Part shown: one piece after another, positions 59,593 to 62,025 of the stretch | Numbering within the stretch: position 1 is the stretch's first letter | Layout of the letters: every line of letters begins with the position of its first letter | From: a bacterium | Lineage (GTDB): Bacteria; Patescibacteriota; Minisyncoccia; Phycocordibacterales; UBA2100 | Length of the DNA stretch: 62,025 bases | Assembly: GCA_009924895.1 (NCBI GenBank) | Contig: RFQR01000008.1 | Location: 1-62,025 of the forward strand | Direction of reading: 5' to 3' | Notes under the pieces: generated by a model | The model's input: only the letters and a program-made list of their open reading frames with translations | The model's database searches: none | What the model was told of the DNA's origin: nothing | Translations under genes and position numbers: made by a program

Positions 59593-59967
59593 TCAATCGC
59601 ACCATGTAGCATTCACGAGTGCCGCGTTTTTCCCACAATAAAGAAGTTTGTAAACGGACCAGGCCGGTTGCACTCTCTCTGTGGGTGCTGCTACTCTTCG
59701 CACTTCAGGTACAAACCGGGAAGAGAAAAACTCCTCGGCAACTTCGTGCACAGTCAGGCTCGAGAGAGGAGCAAAATACTCTCCTTCCGGCGCTTCAAGA
59801 AAAGGAAGCAAGAGACGCAAGGAAAACGGCATCCCCTGCACTGGAGAAAATTTCTTGAAATAATCGTCGTACACGGTGGGTGTTACACGATGTAGTAGTA
59901 CCATAAGTGCCGCTGGATTACTCGCGGTGCCAAGATATTCGGCAGCAGGTAGGTCAGCATATTTCAT
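59593..59967 (-). CDS. Hypothetical protein
   Basis: AAGGAGG SD before ATG 59967; downstream hairpin. Confidence 0.55.
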   Translation of the reverse strand: MKYADLPAAEYLGTASNPAALMVLLHRVTPTVYDDYFKKFSPVQGMPFSLRLLLPFLEAPEGEYFAPLSSLTVHEVAEEFFSSRFVPEVRRVAAPTERVQPAWSVYKLLYCGKNAALVNATWCD

Positions 59968-60037
59968 AGCACCCTCCTTGAGATCATGGTTCTCCCCGCA
60001 CTCTAGCAAAAAACAAACCAGGGCACCACATCGCTTG

Positions 60038-62023
60038 TCACCAGGAAAAGTACAGTTGCGGCACCACGCTTGCAAAATCATCAGTCCAGGCGACCGGAAT
60101 TGGTTCGGGCGGTGGCGCTGACGCATACGCAAAAGCTTTACCAGAAAAGACCTTCGAGTCTTTCGTCAATAAGACCCAGGTCGACGGTACTGCGCTTTCT
60201 GCATTCCCTGGATCACTCACTTTCATTGCCGAAAATCCTATCTCAGCCGCAGCACGGAGAACGACCGGTGCCAAGTCAACATACTTACTCGATACGTGCA
60301 CTGCAAGAATACTCTGTTCGTCTTTCAGATACTGTTCGTAGAGGCGCAGAGCCTCAAGAGTCAAAAGATGGATAGGAACAAAATCATCAGAGAACGCATC
60401 GATTGCCAGAATGTCATACGAGCGATTACCAACGCCACGCTGAGACAAAAGCACTCGTGCATCCCCTTCAACAATCTCAACGTGCGCGCATTGCTTTAGA
60501 TAGGAAAAATGGTCGTGCGCCACGCGAATTACTTGTGGGTCAATTTCATAAAAATCAAACGAGTCTGATTTTTCACAGTATGCAGCAAGCGTGCCTACGC
60601 CAAGACCCACGACTCCCACCGAGAGAGCCCCCTTTTCCTGTCGTTCTCGCTGTGCCGCAAAGGCCCGTCCCACTCCGGAAGAGGCCGTGTAATAGGCAGT
60701 TGGTAGTGTTGACTTTATTTCATCGCGAAACTGAGAACCGTGGAGTGTTGAACCGTTGGTGAGGCCGCGAAGCGACGGGTAGGTGTATACCGTCTTTACG
60801 CCATAGAAATTTCTCATGCGCTCAGCCGCAACATCTGACCCTGCTGTACGCACTCCAGTAATTGAAATGACATACGCGCATCCGAAAACACACAAAAGGG
60901 CTGCTGCTCCTTGCGTCCACAAACGTGTCCTTCCCCAAACACGAAACAAAGTAATGGAGAGTATTGCATAGAGAGTTGCGAACACAGTGAGGGGAACCTC
61001 TAAATACTCCGAAAACAGGAGTGGGGGAACAAATGCTGCAATGCCGGTGCCAAGCATACCGCCAACACTCACCCATCCGTAAAAAAGCGGAAGATGTGCA
61101 GCCTGAGGACGAAGGCGCCACACCTGCCCGTGAAAAACTAAGGAGGAGAAAAAGAGAAGCGCGCAGTATGCCACGACTGCGTACGGCAAGGTCGATGAGG
61201 AAACCGGCGTTACTAAAAGAGTCGCTCCAATTGAGGCAACGGCCAAAAGTATAGGTACCGGAGAAGATGCTCGGCCCCAAAACGCAAGTACAAACGAAAG
61301 AAAGTAGAGTACGAGTGGTATCGTCCAAAGCACGGGAAGCGGCATGAGTTCTTGCGTCAGTTGCGTTGTAATAATCGAAAGCAGTCCCGCAGGGAGTGCG
61401 GAGAGCACAACCCAAAGCACTTTCGTTTTATTCTCGACTTGTGGCAGCGCTGTCAGTAACGGTGCCGGTGCTTCTTCACGGACCGAACGTGCTATCAAGA
61501 TATGGAGGCATACCAAAACCAAAAGCATCGCTGCGCCACTCCAAAATAAGGTTGTGATTGAGAGAAAGGGTTCAAGAACGAAGGGAAAAAGCAGGACCGC
61601 ACATATCGAAGCACCGTTTGATACTGCATAGAGCGTGTACGGTTCAGGATGAAACTGGCGGTACCAATACTGCAGAAGCGGCGACGTACTGAGCATAAAA
61701 AATACGGGACCAGCCCAGAGCGTGAGTGTGAGCGGAACACCAAGGAGCGGTCTCTGGATGAACACAGGCCCAACCCACCACGCACAGAGAAGAAGAGTAA
61801 TCGAGACGCACCATGCAACACTATGAACTCTTTTTTGTAGGTGAACTGAGTACGTCGTCAGTATATACACATACCAATATCCCATGCAGAGAAGTGTGGT
61901 AAAGAAAAAGAGACACATCGCCCACACCGAAGATACCCCGCCAAAGTACGGAAGGACGCGTTTTCCGAGGAGTAATTCAAAACCGAATAGTAAAAAAGAG
62001 CTGAGGAATACCGCAGCAAAAAA
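60038..62023 (-). CDS. Fused membrane/spermidine-synthase-like SAM-binding protein (5' end outside window)
   Basis: Many TM segments; RNFYG, TLHGSQ, VVGLGVGTLAAY, YEIDP, GDAR, IDAFS, WTDD; frame open to the window edge. Confidence 0.85.
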   Translation of the reverse strand, partial: FFAAVFLSSFLLFGFELLLGKRVLPYFGGVSSVWAMCLFFFTTLLCMGYWYVYILTTYSVHLQKRVHSVAWCVSITLLLCAWWVGPVFIQRPLLGVPLTLTLWAGPVFFMLSTSPLLQYWYRQFHPEPYTLYAVSNGASICAVLLFPFVLEPFLSITTLFWSGAAMLLVLVCLHILIARSVREEAPAPLLTALPQVENKTKVLWVVLSALPAGLLSIITTQLTQELMPLPVLWTIPLVLYFLSFVLAFWGRASSPVPILLAVASIGATLLVTPVSSSTLPYAVVAYCALLFFSSLVFHGQVWRLRPQAAHLPLFYGWVSVGGMLGTGIAAFVPPLLFSEYLEVPLTVFATLYAILSITLFRVWGRTRLWTQGAAALLCVFGCAYVISITGVRTAGSDVAAERMRNFYGVKTVYTYPSLRGLTNGSTLHGSQFRDEIKSTLPTAYYTASSGVGRAFAAQRERQEKGALSVGVVGLGVGTLAAYCEKSDSFDFYEIDPQVIRVAHDHFSYLKQCAHVEIVEGDARVLLSQRGVGNRSYDILAIDAFSDDFVPIHLLTLEALRLYEQYLKDEQSILAVHVSSKYVDLAPVVLRAAAEIGFSAMKVSDPGNAESAVPSTWVLLTKDSKVFSGKAFAYASAPPPEPIPVAWTDDFASVVPQLYFSW

Positions 62024-62025
62024 CA

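Noticed and set aside
1-62025. Numerous antisense and alternate-frame ORFs; prophage, IS, tRNA, rRNA or CRISPR
   Set aside because: Shadow ORFs overlap well-supported genes; no hallmark motifs for these elements were found by eye

Overview
A 62-kb chromosomal stretch of a small-genome bacterium, most likely Patescibacteria/CPR (Parcubacteria-like; inferred from compact RpoB/RpoC, gene content and mostly SD-less starts), using the standard genetic code. Core genes are intact (rpoB, rpoC, rpoD, dnaG, prfA, type-B rpmE, hisS, eno, gpmA, pyk, glyA, tmk, folA). I found no rRNA, tRNA, CRISPR array, transposase or reverse transcriptase. The best candidate for an undescribed system is the folate/pyrimidine cluster at 11.1-17.8 kb. 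Its ThyA-fold enzyme has Asp at the dUMP-specificity Asn177 position (a dCMP-type signature). The co-transcribed Dcd-fold protein lacks the catalytic deaminase Glu and has a dUTPase-like motif III. A dCMP-deaminase-like gene, a MazG-like gene, tmk, glyA and folA are adjacent. Together these suggest a dUMP-free route dCTP > dCMP > 5-methyl-dCMP > dTMP (hypothesis). Other notable items: a GH130/phosphomannomutase mannoside module, two candidate structured ncRNAs, an orphan DGR variable-region-like remnant, a 60-nt double-hairpin segment in frame within a helicase gene, two beta-type carbonic anhydrases, SWIB and SET proteins, and about ten decaying accessory genes. All alignments and folds were done by eye against remembered motifs.
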